From contig OX597832.1 in the NCBI GenBank assembly GCA_951406725.2, positions 27,900,001 to 27,964,000 on the forward strand: a stretch of DNA of 64,000 bases, given 5' to 3'. The position numbers and the translations under genes were made by a program. Under the pieces are notes generated by a model that saw only the letters and a program-made list of their open reading frames with translations, searched no databases and was not told the origin of the DNA. Positions within the stretch are counted from its first letter, which is position 1; each line of letters opens with the position of its first letter. This DNA comes from Octopus vulgaris. Its lineage: Eukaryota. Of this stretch, positions 40,080 to 53,308 are shown in pieces.

Positions 40080-40989
40080 AGTATTACATATTCAGCTGAA
40101 CATCCTCACCTTATTTCTTTCCAACCTTCTCATGGCCTCCACATTCCCTGGCCGTGTTTTGCTGCCAGGTAACATTACACATCATACATATGCCCTTCAT
40201 ATAATCTGCCCTTCATTTGGCCTAAGAATCCATTTGTTACCAACAAAGTAGAAACACTGCCAGATCAGACTGGAGCCTGGTGCAGCCTCCTGGCTTCCCA
40301 GACCCCGGTCGAACCGTCCAACCCATGCTCGCATGGAAAGCGGACGTTAAACGATGATGATGATGTGGCTCCTTGGACTTCTACTTTTTCTTCTCGATCT
40401 GACTTCTAGGATTTCGGATCACTTTCCTCTTTTGCTAAATTTGATCACCAAGTTAATAAAACTAGCAATTACTACTATGGACCCTTCCAACCATTTGAAA
40501 GAAAAATTCTGTCTACTTATCTATGTCTCCATAATATGTCCTGTGCACCCATTGGTTTATCTGGGTAGATATGGTAGGGAACACCTACTATTTCTTTACA
40601 GTTCAAATATGACCATTCTCCAGTCGGTTGCAGAGTTCTCTCTTCTTTCCTCATGGCCAAAACTTTTATCTCTACTGGATATATTTATTTCCAGACATCA
40701 TAATTCTAGATTCCGCTTACATCTTTCAGACTTTCTTCATAAATTTCTCAAATGATTCATCTTTCAGATCTTAGTCATTATTGCACAGAAGTTCCTGTGG
40801 ACAATTGGTCATAAATTCCTGTTATGCTATACTGAATTATAATGAGAGCCAAGCTCAGGTAAAATACCTGGCTGCATGCTAGATTGCTTGCTGAGCTCTG
40901 CTCATCTTGCTGACACACATCTCTTTGCATGGCTTGTGTGACTCTCTCTCACAAACCCTTCATCCTCATCAACTGTATTTACTTATGAA

Positions 40990-41221
40990 GGCGGCGAGCT
41001 GGCAGAAACGTTAGCACACCGGACGAAATGTGTAGCCGTTATTTCGACAGCCGTTACGTTCTGAGTTCAAATTCTGCCGAGGTCGACTTTGTCTTTCATC
41101 CTTTCGGGGTCGATAAATTAAGTACCAGTTACGCACTGGAGTCGATATAATCAACTTAATTCATTTGTCTGTCCTTGTTTGTCCCCTCTGTGTTTAGCCC
41201 CTTGTGGGTAGTAAAGAAATA
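40990..41221 (+). mobile_element. SINE family A with a 16-bp target-site duplication
   Basis: TSD tgtatttacttatgaa at 40974-40989 and 41222-41237. Confidence 0.92.
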
Positions 41222-41755
41222 TGTATTTACTTATGAACATTCTGTAAATAATGTCAGGAATTCAATCCAAAACCTCAAAGCCAAAACTAAAGGTTGAAAA
41301 AAAAAAATAGATGAAGGCAGAATTAATTACTGATTTGTTGGTACAGAAAGTAGGTGTCTCGTTATATTAAAGACTGCATTAAACTGGAGTGCAGTATGAT
41401 AGTTTTATTAGCAACCAGCTGACTACGAAATGGGGTCCCCCGTCACAGGTCTTCTCCAGGTTGAAGTGGTGAGACTGAGGGAATTATTTTTAGCAAAAGA
41501 ACTTCTTCATTTCTTGTTTTCATAAGAACAACACATTAATGGTCCCCCTTTTCCTGGCACAAACCTCAACTGTGGTTCATTTCGGCTAATTTTCTTCCTG
41601 ATTAATTGTGTTATGGACTCCTGCTGTACTTTCATAATTTGATGTGTGTGTGTGTGTGTGATATTAATTTATAAATAAATCTATAAACATAATTAGGTCA
41701 GTGGGGAGATGAATGGGCATACGTTAATTATGGACATTATACACACAAATAATAC

Positions 41756-41841
<86 letters not shown>

Positions 41842-42265
41842 ATGTGTGTGTGTATATATATATATATATATAGTGTGTATGTATATATGTATGTGTATAT
41901 ATATATATTATATGTGTGTATGTATGTATGTGTGTGTGTAAATACACACACACACACATCAGTTACCTTATTGGTATTGTATTTTATTGCTCAAGAAATG
42001 TCTATAATTATTTGGTAACATAATTATACTCATCACCACCATCATCATCATCATCCATATTGATATCACCTCCATCAACATTATCACCACCACCACCACC
42101 CTTTCTACCACCATCATGTTTTCAACAACAACTACAGCAATAACAACAACAGTAACATTTTCCAAATATTCTAATGTCCTGTTGTTGTGTTGGTTAAGCA
42201 GAGTTGTACAGCGATACCAACTTGAAGTGTCTGTATCCTATCCAGTGTCACATAATTATCTCACT

Positions 42266-43443
42266 CACATCAATAAGAGTGTCATAGAGCAGACAAAGGA
42301 GAACAGACCCCCACCATGGGAATTGAACCCCACACACTGTGATGATGACGATGATATATATATATATATAAATATACTCATTGTGCTTGAGTCAAAGTAC
42401 ATCAACATCAAAAAAATCAAATGGAAATTGTAGTTGTGATACCTGTGCCAGTGGCACGTAAAATGCACCATTAGAATGCGGCCGATGCCAGCGCCGCCTT
42501 GACTGGCTTCCGTGCTGGTGGCATGTAAAAAGTACCAACCGATCGTGACCGTTGCCAGCCTTGCCTGGCACTTGTGCCAGTGGCATGTAAAAAGCACCCA
42601 CAACACTCATGGAGTGGTTGGCATTAGGAAGGGCATCCAGCTGTAGAAACACTGCCAGATCAAGATTGGAGCCTGGTGCAGCCTCCTGGCTTCTCAAACC
42701 CTGGTCAAACCGTCCAACCCATGCTAGCATGGAAAACGGACGTTAAACGATGATGATGATGATGATCTGTAGCTTACTGGATGGTCATGCTACCATTTGT
42801 ACCAAGTGGACTCTGAACAAAACAGACTTCCAAAAACAAGAACTTATATATCAACCTCAACAATATTCAAGCTACCACCATCTACAGCATCTTGAAACTC
42901 CCGCTGGATACCTTTGTTTGTCTCTGTCTGTCTGTTTGTCAGTTTCTCTCTCTCTCTCCCCTCTCCCTCTCTCCCTCCTAACCTCATCACAATATATTAA
43001 TGCTGTTTGGTTCTCAAATATTCCATCAATCACATCAGTGAGGTGCACAGATACTCATACAAACGTTCCAACATAGGTATCACCCCAACTTCACACAGCA
43101 CCATCAAGGGAAACCCTCCTTAATCATGCTGGATTGTCACATTTAAGTTATAAACATTTACTGGATCAGCTACGAAGGACCCACCTCCTTTTGTCTCTCG
43201 CAAGAATCACAGGAGTGAAATAACTGCAAAACCATTTCTGATCCTCAAGTGACATAAAGGGAGGTAATACTGTTATTCCTTATCCAAGTAATCATTTATA
43301 AGTTCTTGCTTTTGGCAGTCTGTTTTGTTCAGAGTCCACTTGGTGCAAATTGTAGCCTGATCATCCAGTAAGCTATGGATGTGGGGTTCAACTCCTGAAG
43401 TGGGTTCTGTTCTCCTTTGTCTGCTTATTACTCTTGTTGATGT
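42266..43443. mobile_element. Foldback-like element with about 145-bp terminal inverted repeats; left arm split by a family C SINE
   Basis: 42266-42333 joined to 42767-42848 is the reverse complement of 43297-43443. Confidence 0.7.
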
Positions 43444-43450
43444 CTTATAT

Positions 43451-43942
43451 CAGGGGTGGGGAAACTTTTTAGTTCAGCAAGCAAAAATTTCCAAAGGAAA
43501 AGGTCCACAGGCGGATCGCAAGTTCTAACTCTTATATCTGTGTAAATCTCGTATATACCTGTGTATAATTCGTTATACATTAATAAAGATAAGTTTAACA
43601 CATTAAATTAACATGTAGCATCTTCTTTAATGCTGCCACTGAATTTAGCACGTTTATATTACTTATGAGGTATTTTTGGGTCTTAAGGGGGTGGAACAAA
43701 CCTAGCAACATGTGTTTTATAGGGAAAACAAAATTTCCATTCAAATGGCAATCACCGGACGATTTTCTGTTCAAGTCTAACCATTTTAAGTCATGATGGA
43801 AACATGGCTTATGTTGCAAAGAGGCATACGAGTATTGTATAAACTTTATAATTGAAAAATTTACTATTTTTTTGTACATACAAGTATACTAACCTGCCGG
43901 CACAATAAAATGGGCTCGTGGGCAGGATTTTGCCCACCCCTG
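43451..43942. mobile_element. hAT-family MITE, 492 bp
   Basis: TIRs caggggtggggaaa / tttgcccacccctg and a perfect 8-bp TSD tcttatat at 43443-43450 and 43943-43950. Confidence 0.92.
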
Positions 43943-44007
43943 TCTTATATAAACAAATAAATAATTTATGCTTAATAACACTTTACCATTTATCTTATGA
44001 CTAATTA

Positions 44008-44039
<32 letters not shown>

Positions 44040-44673
44040 TTTTCTCTCTCTCTATGTCTGGTTAGTTACATATTCTTCAGACACAAACATATGTAGGGTT
44101 GGGTCATGTACCAAAAAATATGTACTGGAAAGTTATGCTTTAGGTATGTAGTCTTTCTCACAGTTCAGAATGGTGGGGCGGTGGTGCTGGAGACGGTGAA
44201 GTGGTGATGGTGGAGGAGTGTAGCTGGGTGGAAGAACAGGAAGAGGAAGTTATTTTTCAGAAAAATGCTGAAACACACACGTGATGGGTGATGATGATGA
44301 TGATGATGTTGATGTATGTGTTTGTTTGTATATGTGTGTGTCTGTGCATAGATAGATAGATTCCATGTTTAGCATCCATTTACCCACACCCACCCCTCCT
44401 ATGCTGACATGGGTTCAACAGGGACATGTTTAAGGCCAGAAATTTACAGCTGGATGCTCCTCCTGTTGCCAACCTTGCCATTTTTTTCTCTTCTCCAAGT
44501 AAGACATTGTTTAGCTCTTTATTCGACACATTTTTTGGAAAACCCAAAATGACTGATTCATAATGCCAGCAAGGGACATAAACGTCACGTCACCGTTTTG
44601 CTCCAGCAGAGACAAGTGAAGCCATGAGACATCAACATTTACACACACACACACACACACAGACAAAACACTG

Positions 44674-44745
44674 TTCTCATGCCAGGAATTGAACTTGGGC
44701 CACCTGGGTGAAAGCCCAGAATCCTAATCACTAGACTACATGTGT
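44674..44745 (-). pseudogene. tRNA-Glu(TTC) pseudogene
   Basis: Minus strand acacatgtagtctagtgattaggattctgggctTTCacccaggtggcccaagttcaattcctggcatgagaa is colinear with eukaryotic tRNA-Glu. It has two acceptor-stem mismatches and decayed A/B boxes. Confidence 0.75.
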
Positions 44746-46273
44746 GCATATATATATGTAAATGCTGGTGTCACGTAAATGCTCTTGTGCCAGTGCTGCA
44801 TAAAAAGCACCCAGTACACTCTGTGAAGTGGTTGGCATTAGGAAGGGCATCCATCTGCAGAAACTATGCCAAAACAGACAAATGGGGTCTGATGCTGCTC
44901 TCTGGCTTGCCAGCTCATGCCAGCATGGAGAACAGATATTCAACGACAGCGATGGTTTTGAATATGTGAGTGTGTGTGTGTGTGTCTGTATACAGATAAA
45001 TAAATATCTAAAGATTGTCTATGGAAGTTAGTGTTTATGTGTGTGTGCGTGTGTATGCGTTATAGTCACAAAGTGGCAATGAGGAGGACGGGGAGTATGT
45101 AATACGGTCGAACAGTGGCTGTTTGATTTAGAGCACATACATACATACATATAGTAGATACTGAACCTGGCAAAATCCATACACATGCACACATATTTAC
45201 ATATGTACCTATACATACACACACATGTATACATACAGGCACACACACATAGGTAGGTGGATCCTTATGGCGCCAACCATATTGCTTTTCTTCCGTCTGT
45301 GATCAATAAGTGCCAGTGTAGTTGTGTAGATATATTTGATTAACAACTCCCAAAGGCGGTGCCCCAGCATGGCCACAGTGAGATGACTGAAAGCAATTAA
45401 AAAATTAAAGGATAAATAATATACATAGACAGCTACATCACACACAGCAGTATATATGCCTCCCCCCCTCTTCCACATCATCATCATCATCATCATCAAC
45501 TGCCATGTGCCTTTCCATGCTGGTATGCATCGGCTGGATCATCACAGATCAACCCAGTTTTTACCCACAGTGACCAGTTCCCCTGCTGATAAGTTGTGCT
45601 CCATGTCCCCATCCTCCAAACCATTTTTGTCCTGGTTTCTATGGCTCGATGCCCTAACCCTATCATCCACCCTATTTAGAGTTCGAATTGAGTTGATTTA
45701 TCAAAGCACCAACACCAGTGAGGTCATCATGTTCCTCAGCAAAGCCAAATAGTCTTCTCTACTCTATATTGTACCCATCTGGCTTTCATTCAGTTTCCAC
45801 AGTGGACTGGGTGCATTTTATTGTCGGGGCCAACACCAGAGAGGCTGGCCTTTGTCTCCAGGAAGTCTGAAGACTATTCCAATTTCTGTATGCATAATCA
45901 TGATTAATACACACACACACACACGCATGCACCCGTGTGTGACACATGCTTACACAATCACATATACATGTAGATTGATTTACAACTGTATGCGGAGGCA
46001 GGGTGTGTGTGTGTGACAATATCTATTTATGTCCGTCTCCGTCTTGCTCTCCGATCATTATCGTTATATTATGCCTATCTCTGTTTTTCTTTTGTCCTTG
46101 CATGGTTCAGAACAAACATGGTTGGAATCATGAAGTCTGTACATACACACATGCACACATGCATACATGCACACATGCATATAAATCTGCACCACACACA
46201 CACACACACACACACACCGTCTCCAGTAATGGATTATTTTCATGATGGTGCTTAATTCTTTGTCACACCAGCT

Positions 46274-46478
<205 letters not shown>

Positions 46479-47487
46479 TGGCATCATCAGCAACTAGTTG
46501 TGCTGGAATATGCAAATCAATTGTAGAACTGGAGATCTGAATAAAGAACTGAGTGCAAAAGGATGGTTGGTGCCACTTTGACCAATGCTGTGTTGATGAT
46601 GACTGAATGGCAAGTGGGTGGTTGTCTTAATGAGTGTCCTCAGCAACTTGTCTCAGTGGCATAATTAATTGGTAATTGCCTTTCAGTGTCTTCGCTAATT
46701 GCCTTATTGCTATAACTACTTAGTTGCTAGCACCATGTAAAAGCACCTATGAGAGTATCACGTATGGAGCATCTATGAGGGTACCACATATAGAGCACCT
46801 TTGCTGGTACCCTGTATAAAGCTGTGGTGCTGGTACCCTGTATAAAGCTGTGGTGCTGGTGCCATGTCAAAAGCACCTAATGCACTTTGTAAAGTTGAAA
46901 TTAGGAAGTGCATCCTGCAGTAGAGACTATGCCAAACCTGACAGTTGGTTTCTGGTGTGGCTCTCTGGTTTACCAGCTCCTGTCAGGCTGTCCAACCCAT
47001 GCCAGCATGGAAAACAAATGTATGATGATGATGACGATGTTAATGATGATAGAATGTCTTTAATGATTGTTATAATCGTATGATTAATTAACGGGGCATT
47101 ACTTGGAATGTCTTAACTGATTGCCTTAATGGTATAACCAGTTAATTAGAAGTCGCTACAATCTCCTCGCTAATTCCCTTAATGAAAAAAAAAGTTATTT
47201 AGAATGTCCTACAATTTGTTAACGACTTTCTACAATGCCTCACTAATTACCTTATTGGTGTAATTAATTAGGCGTTGCTAAAATCTCCTCATTAGTTGCC
47301 TTATATGATTAATTAGAAATTATTAGAATGTTCTTACTAATCATGCTATTAGTGTAATTAATGGAATAATTACAAGTTGCTAGAGTTCTTACTGGGTTGC
47401 CTTACATATATTATTTATTGTAAGTTGGTAAAATATCTTCCTTGAGTGCTTCATTAGTGTAATTAACTAAAAGACAGTGTAGAAACG

Positions 47488-47885
47488 TTTTCTTATTTCT
47501 TTATTGCCCACAAGGGGCTAAACATAGAGGGGACAAATAAGGACAAACGGATTAAGTCAATTATATCAACCCCAGTGCGTAACTGGTACTTATTTAATCG
47601 ACCTCGAAAGGATGAAAGGCAGAGTCGACCTCGGCGGAATTTGAACTCAGAACGTAACAGCAGGCAAAATACCTATTTCTTTACTACCCACAAGGGGCTA
47701 ATCACAGAGAGGACAAACAAGGACAGACAAACAGATTAAGTCGATTATTTTGACTCCAGTGCGAAACTGGTACTTTATTTATCGACCCCGAAAGGATGAA
47801 AGGCAAAATCGACCTCGGAGGAATTTGAACTCAGAACGTAACGACAGACGAAATACCGCTAAGCATTTCTGCCAGCTGGCCGCCT
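47488..47885 (-). mobile_element. Head-to-tail dimer of SINE family A
   Basis: Two units joined at aaatacctatttctttac (about 47667-47684). Confidence 0.88.
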
Positions 47886-48002
47886 TTGTGTAGGAACGTT
47901 TTCTGTTGTATCACAACCTATTCGCTATAATAATCAAATCAGTTTGTTCAGGATTAACTCAGTGCTTCACCCTTCTTCAATAAAGTAAGGACCACCTGTA
48001 TA

Positions 48003-48228
48003 TACAAGGGGTTGGGGAGACTGAAAAGTTCTTGGTTTTGGGTAAAAGAAAATAGGGGAAGATCAGTTAATTATGATTTTATTGAACATATTCCTCTCTT
48101 AGATTCACACACTTATTGCAGCGATCCTTCAGTTTTTCTAAGCCCTGTAAAAGAACTGAGAAGGTTGGACCTCCAACCAGGCCTTTCATGATAACCTTAA
48201 AGCCAGGGATTTTTCAGCACCCCATAGT
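48003..48228 (-). mobile_element. Mariner-derived internally deleted element (MITE) retaining the transposase C-terminus
   Basis: Imperfect TIRs ctgaaaagttcttggtttt / aaagccagggatttttcag with TA flanks. The minus strand encodes WLEVQPSQFF/GLEKLKDRCNKCVNLREEYVQ*, like mariner C-termini. Confidence 0.7.
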
Positions 48229-48980
48229 ATATGTATGATGATGATGATGATAGCTGGTGAACTGAAGAGCTGCACCAGGTTCCAGGTGGCTGTTTTGGCA
48301 TGGTTTCTATGGCTGGGTGCCCTTCCTAACACCAACCACTTTGCAGAAAGAACTGGGTGGTTTTTACATGACAACATCACTAAAGCTTTATATATATTTG
48401 GCACCAAGATGAGTTCTTTTAATGCATGACTAGCACAGGTGTCGCCTTTGTGGCACCGGCACGGGTGCATTTACATGGCACTTGCATGGATGTTTTTATG
48501 TGGAACCAACACCTGCGAGCTCACAAGATGAAGACCTCTCATCTAAGCGGGTGAATGCAGGGCACAGCCATGAAGGGCCTGCCTGTGTGTATTGATGGCC
48601 ATGGATTTGCTTAGCTTGGCATGTCCCCTTATGTGCACAACACATTACCAAGAGTTTCAATCCCTTGTCCACCTCCTCATACATACATATATCTTTTACT
48701 TGTTTCACTCATTAGACTGTGGCCATGCTGGGGCATCACCTCGAAGGATTTTAGTCGAATGAATCGACCCCCAGCGCATTTTGCTTTTTCTTTAAACCCT
48801 TGTACTTATTCTGCTAAGTTGCAAGGATGTAAACACACCTACACCGGTTGTCAAACAGTGATGAGTGATAAACACAGACACAAAGACACTCATAAACACA
48901 CACACACATAATATGTATATGTATGTATGTATGTATGAATGTATCTATGTATGTATGTGTATATATGTATGTATGTATGC

Positions 48981-49012
<32 letters not shown>

Positions 49013-49067
49013 ATATATATGTGTGTATGTATGTATGTATATATATATATATGTATGTATGTATGTT

Positions 49068-49120
<53 letters not shown>

Positions 49121-49743
49121 GTATATATACATGTATGCATGTATGTATAGGATGGGCTTCTTTCAGTTTCTGCCTACCAAATCCACTCACAAGGCTTTCA
49201 AGTTCAACTGTAATTGAGAGGAGGTTCTGTGTGACTGGTCGGTCACAGAGAGCACCACATCATCCCTCGCTCCCTTGCACCTCATTCTGCACTGTTGACC
49301 GAATCAAAGGCATTTAAGGCCAGCAACCTCAAGTATAGACTGACCTTTGAACTCCACAATCAGGGTCAAACAGAAATCTCACAGTTAATTAATCTTTTGA
49401 AAATATGTTGTTAAGACAACCTTGAAGTCTGCAGACATTGTTCCAGTGACCCCCACACCACACCTCCACCACCACCACTTCTCCACAGCTTAAGAATAAG
49501 TCTTTATTATGACTCAGCAGATCTTTGACTCAGCTATTCATTGGCTCCAGTCTCCCTCTCCCCCCTCCTTCTGCCTCTCTCTCTCTTTCTCTCTGAAAAG
49601 AAGGATTTATCAGGACTACTAACATTGTACACCATATCAGAACTTGGAGCTGCCAGAGCCTCAGAAGTTGGTGGACGGTGTTAGCAGGGGTGTATATATA
49701 TTTACGTGCAATTAAATATTCATTAATGCTCCATCCTTTAGAG

Positions 49744-50141
49744 CAGCATTTCGCAAAAGCTTCCTAGGGGTTCCACGTGAAAAGAGTGAGATAAGCTAAT
49801 GCTAATTTCATGATTGTAATATTACTAGACATACACTACGTATCATTGGTTATTGTCATATTTTAATATAGACATCATCCTACCTAACCTGTTATGTTAT
49901 AAGAAACGTATAACAACCATATATATATATATGTATGTATATTTATCATCATCATCATCATCATCATCGTTTAACGTCCGCTTTCCATGCTAGCATGGGT
50001 TGGACGGTTCAACTGGGGTCTGGCAAGCCCGAAGGCTGCACCAGGCCAGTCAGATCTGGCAGTGTTTCTACAGCTGGATGCCCTTCCTAACGCCAACCAC
50101 TCCAAGAGTGTAGTGGGTGATTTTATGTATATATATATATG

Positions 50142-50182
<41 letters not shown>

Positions 50183-50336
50183 CACATGGTAAATATCATA
50201 TATATATATATGATATTTACCATGAGAACTACAATGTGAAAGATATGGTAAATAATTTTTTTTTTGTGCAGGGGTTCCTTGAGACATGTAATTTATTTTA
50301 AGGGTTATGCAAGGGGAAAAGGGTTGAGAAACACTG
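49744..50336. mobile_element. Old hAT (Charlie-like) MITE with a nested family C SINE fragment
   Basis: TIRs cagcatttcgcaa / ttgagaaacactg and an 8-bp TSD ctttagag / gtttagag (7 of 8 match). Confidence 0.7.
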
Positions 50337-50544
50337 GTTTAGAGTGTGTTTTGCTTTCTGATATATGATCCGATCCACTGCTGATATATGTGGGTGTGTG
50401 TGTGTGTGTGTGTATCTGTGCTTGTGCCACGTAAAAAGGCTATTCTCTGACAGCTTTGTGGTCAAGCCTGTGGCAGCAGAGACCTTTGGCCTTCTCAGAT
50501 CCCTGGGTGATGTCCCTGCTCACTGCTATCAGGGTGGAGCTGGC

Positions 50545-50968
50545 AGCCTGCAAGCGCAAGCCCCATGAGTCAGAATGGCTGTTGCTGTTTGTTTATTTGT
50601 TGAGTGAACGGTCTTCGTCCCAGAGCTCGCAAGATGGGAGAAGTCCGAAACGTGGTCCTTTGCTATTCGTAAGACCCACAGAAAAGAAAGCAGGTCAACC
50701 CCCGACACCGAGAGCATCGACGGATGGATGAATGCGCATCCTGGCTCAGCGGTTGCGTAGGAAGTCAGGGACAAGAAACAAGAAGAAAGAGTGAGAGAAA
50801 GTTGGGGCGAAGAGTACAACAGGGGTCGCCACCAGCCCCTGCCGGAGCCTTGTGGAGCTTCAGGTGTTTTCGCTCAATAAACACACACGGAACGCCTGGT
50901 CTGGGAATCGAAACCGCGATCCTCCGACTGAGAGTTCGCTGCCCTAGCCACTGGGCCATTGCACCTCC
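50545..50968 (-). mobile_element. tRNA-derived SINE, about 420 bp, CpG-intact
   Basis: The minus-strand head ggaggtgcaatggcccagtggctagggcagcg..ggtttcgattcccagacc has A and B boxes and is related to the head at 16391. The 3' limit is approximate. Confidence 0.75.
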
Positions 50969-51361
50969 ACTGGCTGTTGCTGTCCATTTCCCTCGCCATC
51001 CTCCAGAGCAATACTTCTCCCATTTTGGCCACTGGACCCATGACAAGGACTAACCAGCCTTTTTAGAGATTACTTGTTGCTTTCTGTTCTGTTGTACATT
51101 TTTATTTTGTTTTATTTTTGTTAAGTTTATGTGATGCTTTATGTTTGAAAATAAAAATTACATTGAGCTCCCCCCCCCCACTTGGTAAAAAGGTGCATTT
51201 AACAAAATGGGGTTGCTGTGACCCCATTTAAAAAAAAAAAGGTGGAGGATGTTACTGCAGTTGAAAAGGAGTTGGGAGTAGCTTTTGTTACCCAAGTTGA
51301 AGCAGGGGAGGGCTGTTGTCAACCCAGTTAAAATAGGGTAGCTGTGGTAACCCCTGTTTAA

Positions 51362-51582
51362 CCCTTTAGTGTTCAGATTATTCTGTTAAATGTAATACTT
51401 TTTCACTCAAATTGTTTTGAATCAATCATGCATTATCTTATAGCTTTGAGGTTTCAATGATGTGAATGTTTATTTTTAGAATGTCACTGTAGGTTAGGTG
51501 TGAGAGGTTGGATATTGCCAGTTTGAATATAAAACATGTATAATATATTGGGCCGGATGTGGCCGGTTTAAACACTAAAGGG
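51362..51582. mobile_element. piggyBac-like MITE, 221 bp
   Basis: TTAA|ccctttagtgtt ... aacactaaaggg|TTAA gives 12-bp perfect TIRs starting CCC and a TTAA duplication. Confidence 0.85.
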
Positions 51583-52013
51583 TTAAGGAGAAATTTGTGG
51601 ATGGATATTGTCCCAGTTAGAATACAAGGCTGGTGGTCATCCCAATTAAAATAAAGGGTTGCCGGTGTCCCAGTTAAAATAGGTGGGTGTTATTGTCCCA
51701 GTTAAAAATAGAAGCCACAGGGTCTCCAATCCTCATTCATTTATATTCAGATTTTTCTTCTGTGTTCTGTGTATGGGGTTTTATTTTTTCTGGTGGTGGT
51801 GGTGGTGGTGTTTGGTTGTGATGGGATAGGGTTATAGGGGTGGATAGGGAGTAACCACTCCTCCCATCCCTATAACAAACAGACTAGGGAACTAAAAACT
51901 ATAAAGAAAAATTAGGTTAGAGGGTTTCAAAAGGGAGCCTCCCTTCTTGCACATTGTTTAAGGGGTGTTTTGGGTCCGGAAATCAATTAAGGTGGCGATG
52001 GGGTGCAGGGTGG

Positions 52014-52051
<38 letters not shown>

Positions 52052-52202
52052 AGCACACATGTTGCTCTATTTCTGGTAGTTTGTATGTATGTGTGTGTGT
52101 GTTCGTTTGGATCTATATATGTATAAGCATGTGTATGCGTGTGCGTGTATGTATGTATGTATATGTGTATGCATATATTGAGTATGTATATGTGCATCTA
52201 TC

Positions 52203-52243
<41 letters not shown>

Positions 52244-52316
52244 ATGTGTATATGTATATATGTATATATATATGTGTGTATATATATATATGTGTGTATA
52301 TATATATATATGTGTG

Positions 52317-52355
<39 letters not shown>

Positions 52356-52595
52356 GTATATATATATGTATATATATATATAATGTATGTATATGTGTGT
52401 GTATATATATACACACACACACACACATACATGTATAATGTATATGTGTGTACGTGCTTCCTCAAGCGGAAACACCCAAGTCACATGACTGTTCGTGATT
52501 GTCAACTTAACTGCTCCACCGATGCCACCCCCACCCCCACCCCGAGGAGCATCAACTCACAGAAAAAAATTGCAACACTATCTTAGAGGGAGTTT

Positions 52596-52640
<45 letters not shown>

Positions 52641-52709
52641 CATGCGTAAAATGGGGGCTTATGTGGTTATTAATATCATGAGAAGTATGTCAAACATGAA
52701 TTCCATTGG

Positions 52710-52785
<76 letters not shown>

Positions 52786-53263
52786 AACAACAAAATATTA
52801 ATCACCACCCTTTACACCCAAGGGGTACCTGTTGTTGTTGTTGTTGCTGTTGGTGGTTGTGGTGGTGGTGTTAAAAGCAAGTTTTGTCAAGTCAGCATTT
52901 TTTTGTCGAATTTCTGAAAAGAACAATTTTTCTTGTTTGGGGAAGAAATTGTTTTGTTTTTTTGTTTTGTTTCGTGTGAAACCTTGTGGTAGAGTTCCTG
53001 GTTTTTGGTGTGGGGGAGGGCCGGGGTGGAGGTAGGTAGTTGGTGAGTGTGTTTGTGTGTGGGTGGTGTATGTGCAATCTAGGGCAATGACAGGGGATGT
53101 GTGTGTGTGTAAGCTGGTGGAGGTGTAAGAGTGTGTCTGCGTGTTTATAGAGGCAAGTATGTGGATGTGTGCGTATATGAGTTAGAAGTGTGTGTGTTAA
53201 AAGTTACTGCATCTGGAGATATGTGTTTATGGAGGAGTCTGTGTGTGTATGCAGTGAGCAGAA

Positions 53264-53308
<45 letters not shown>

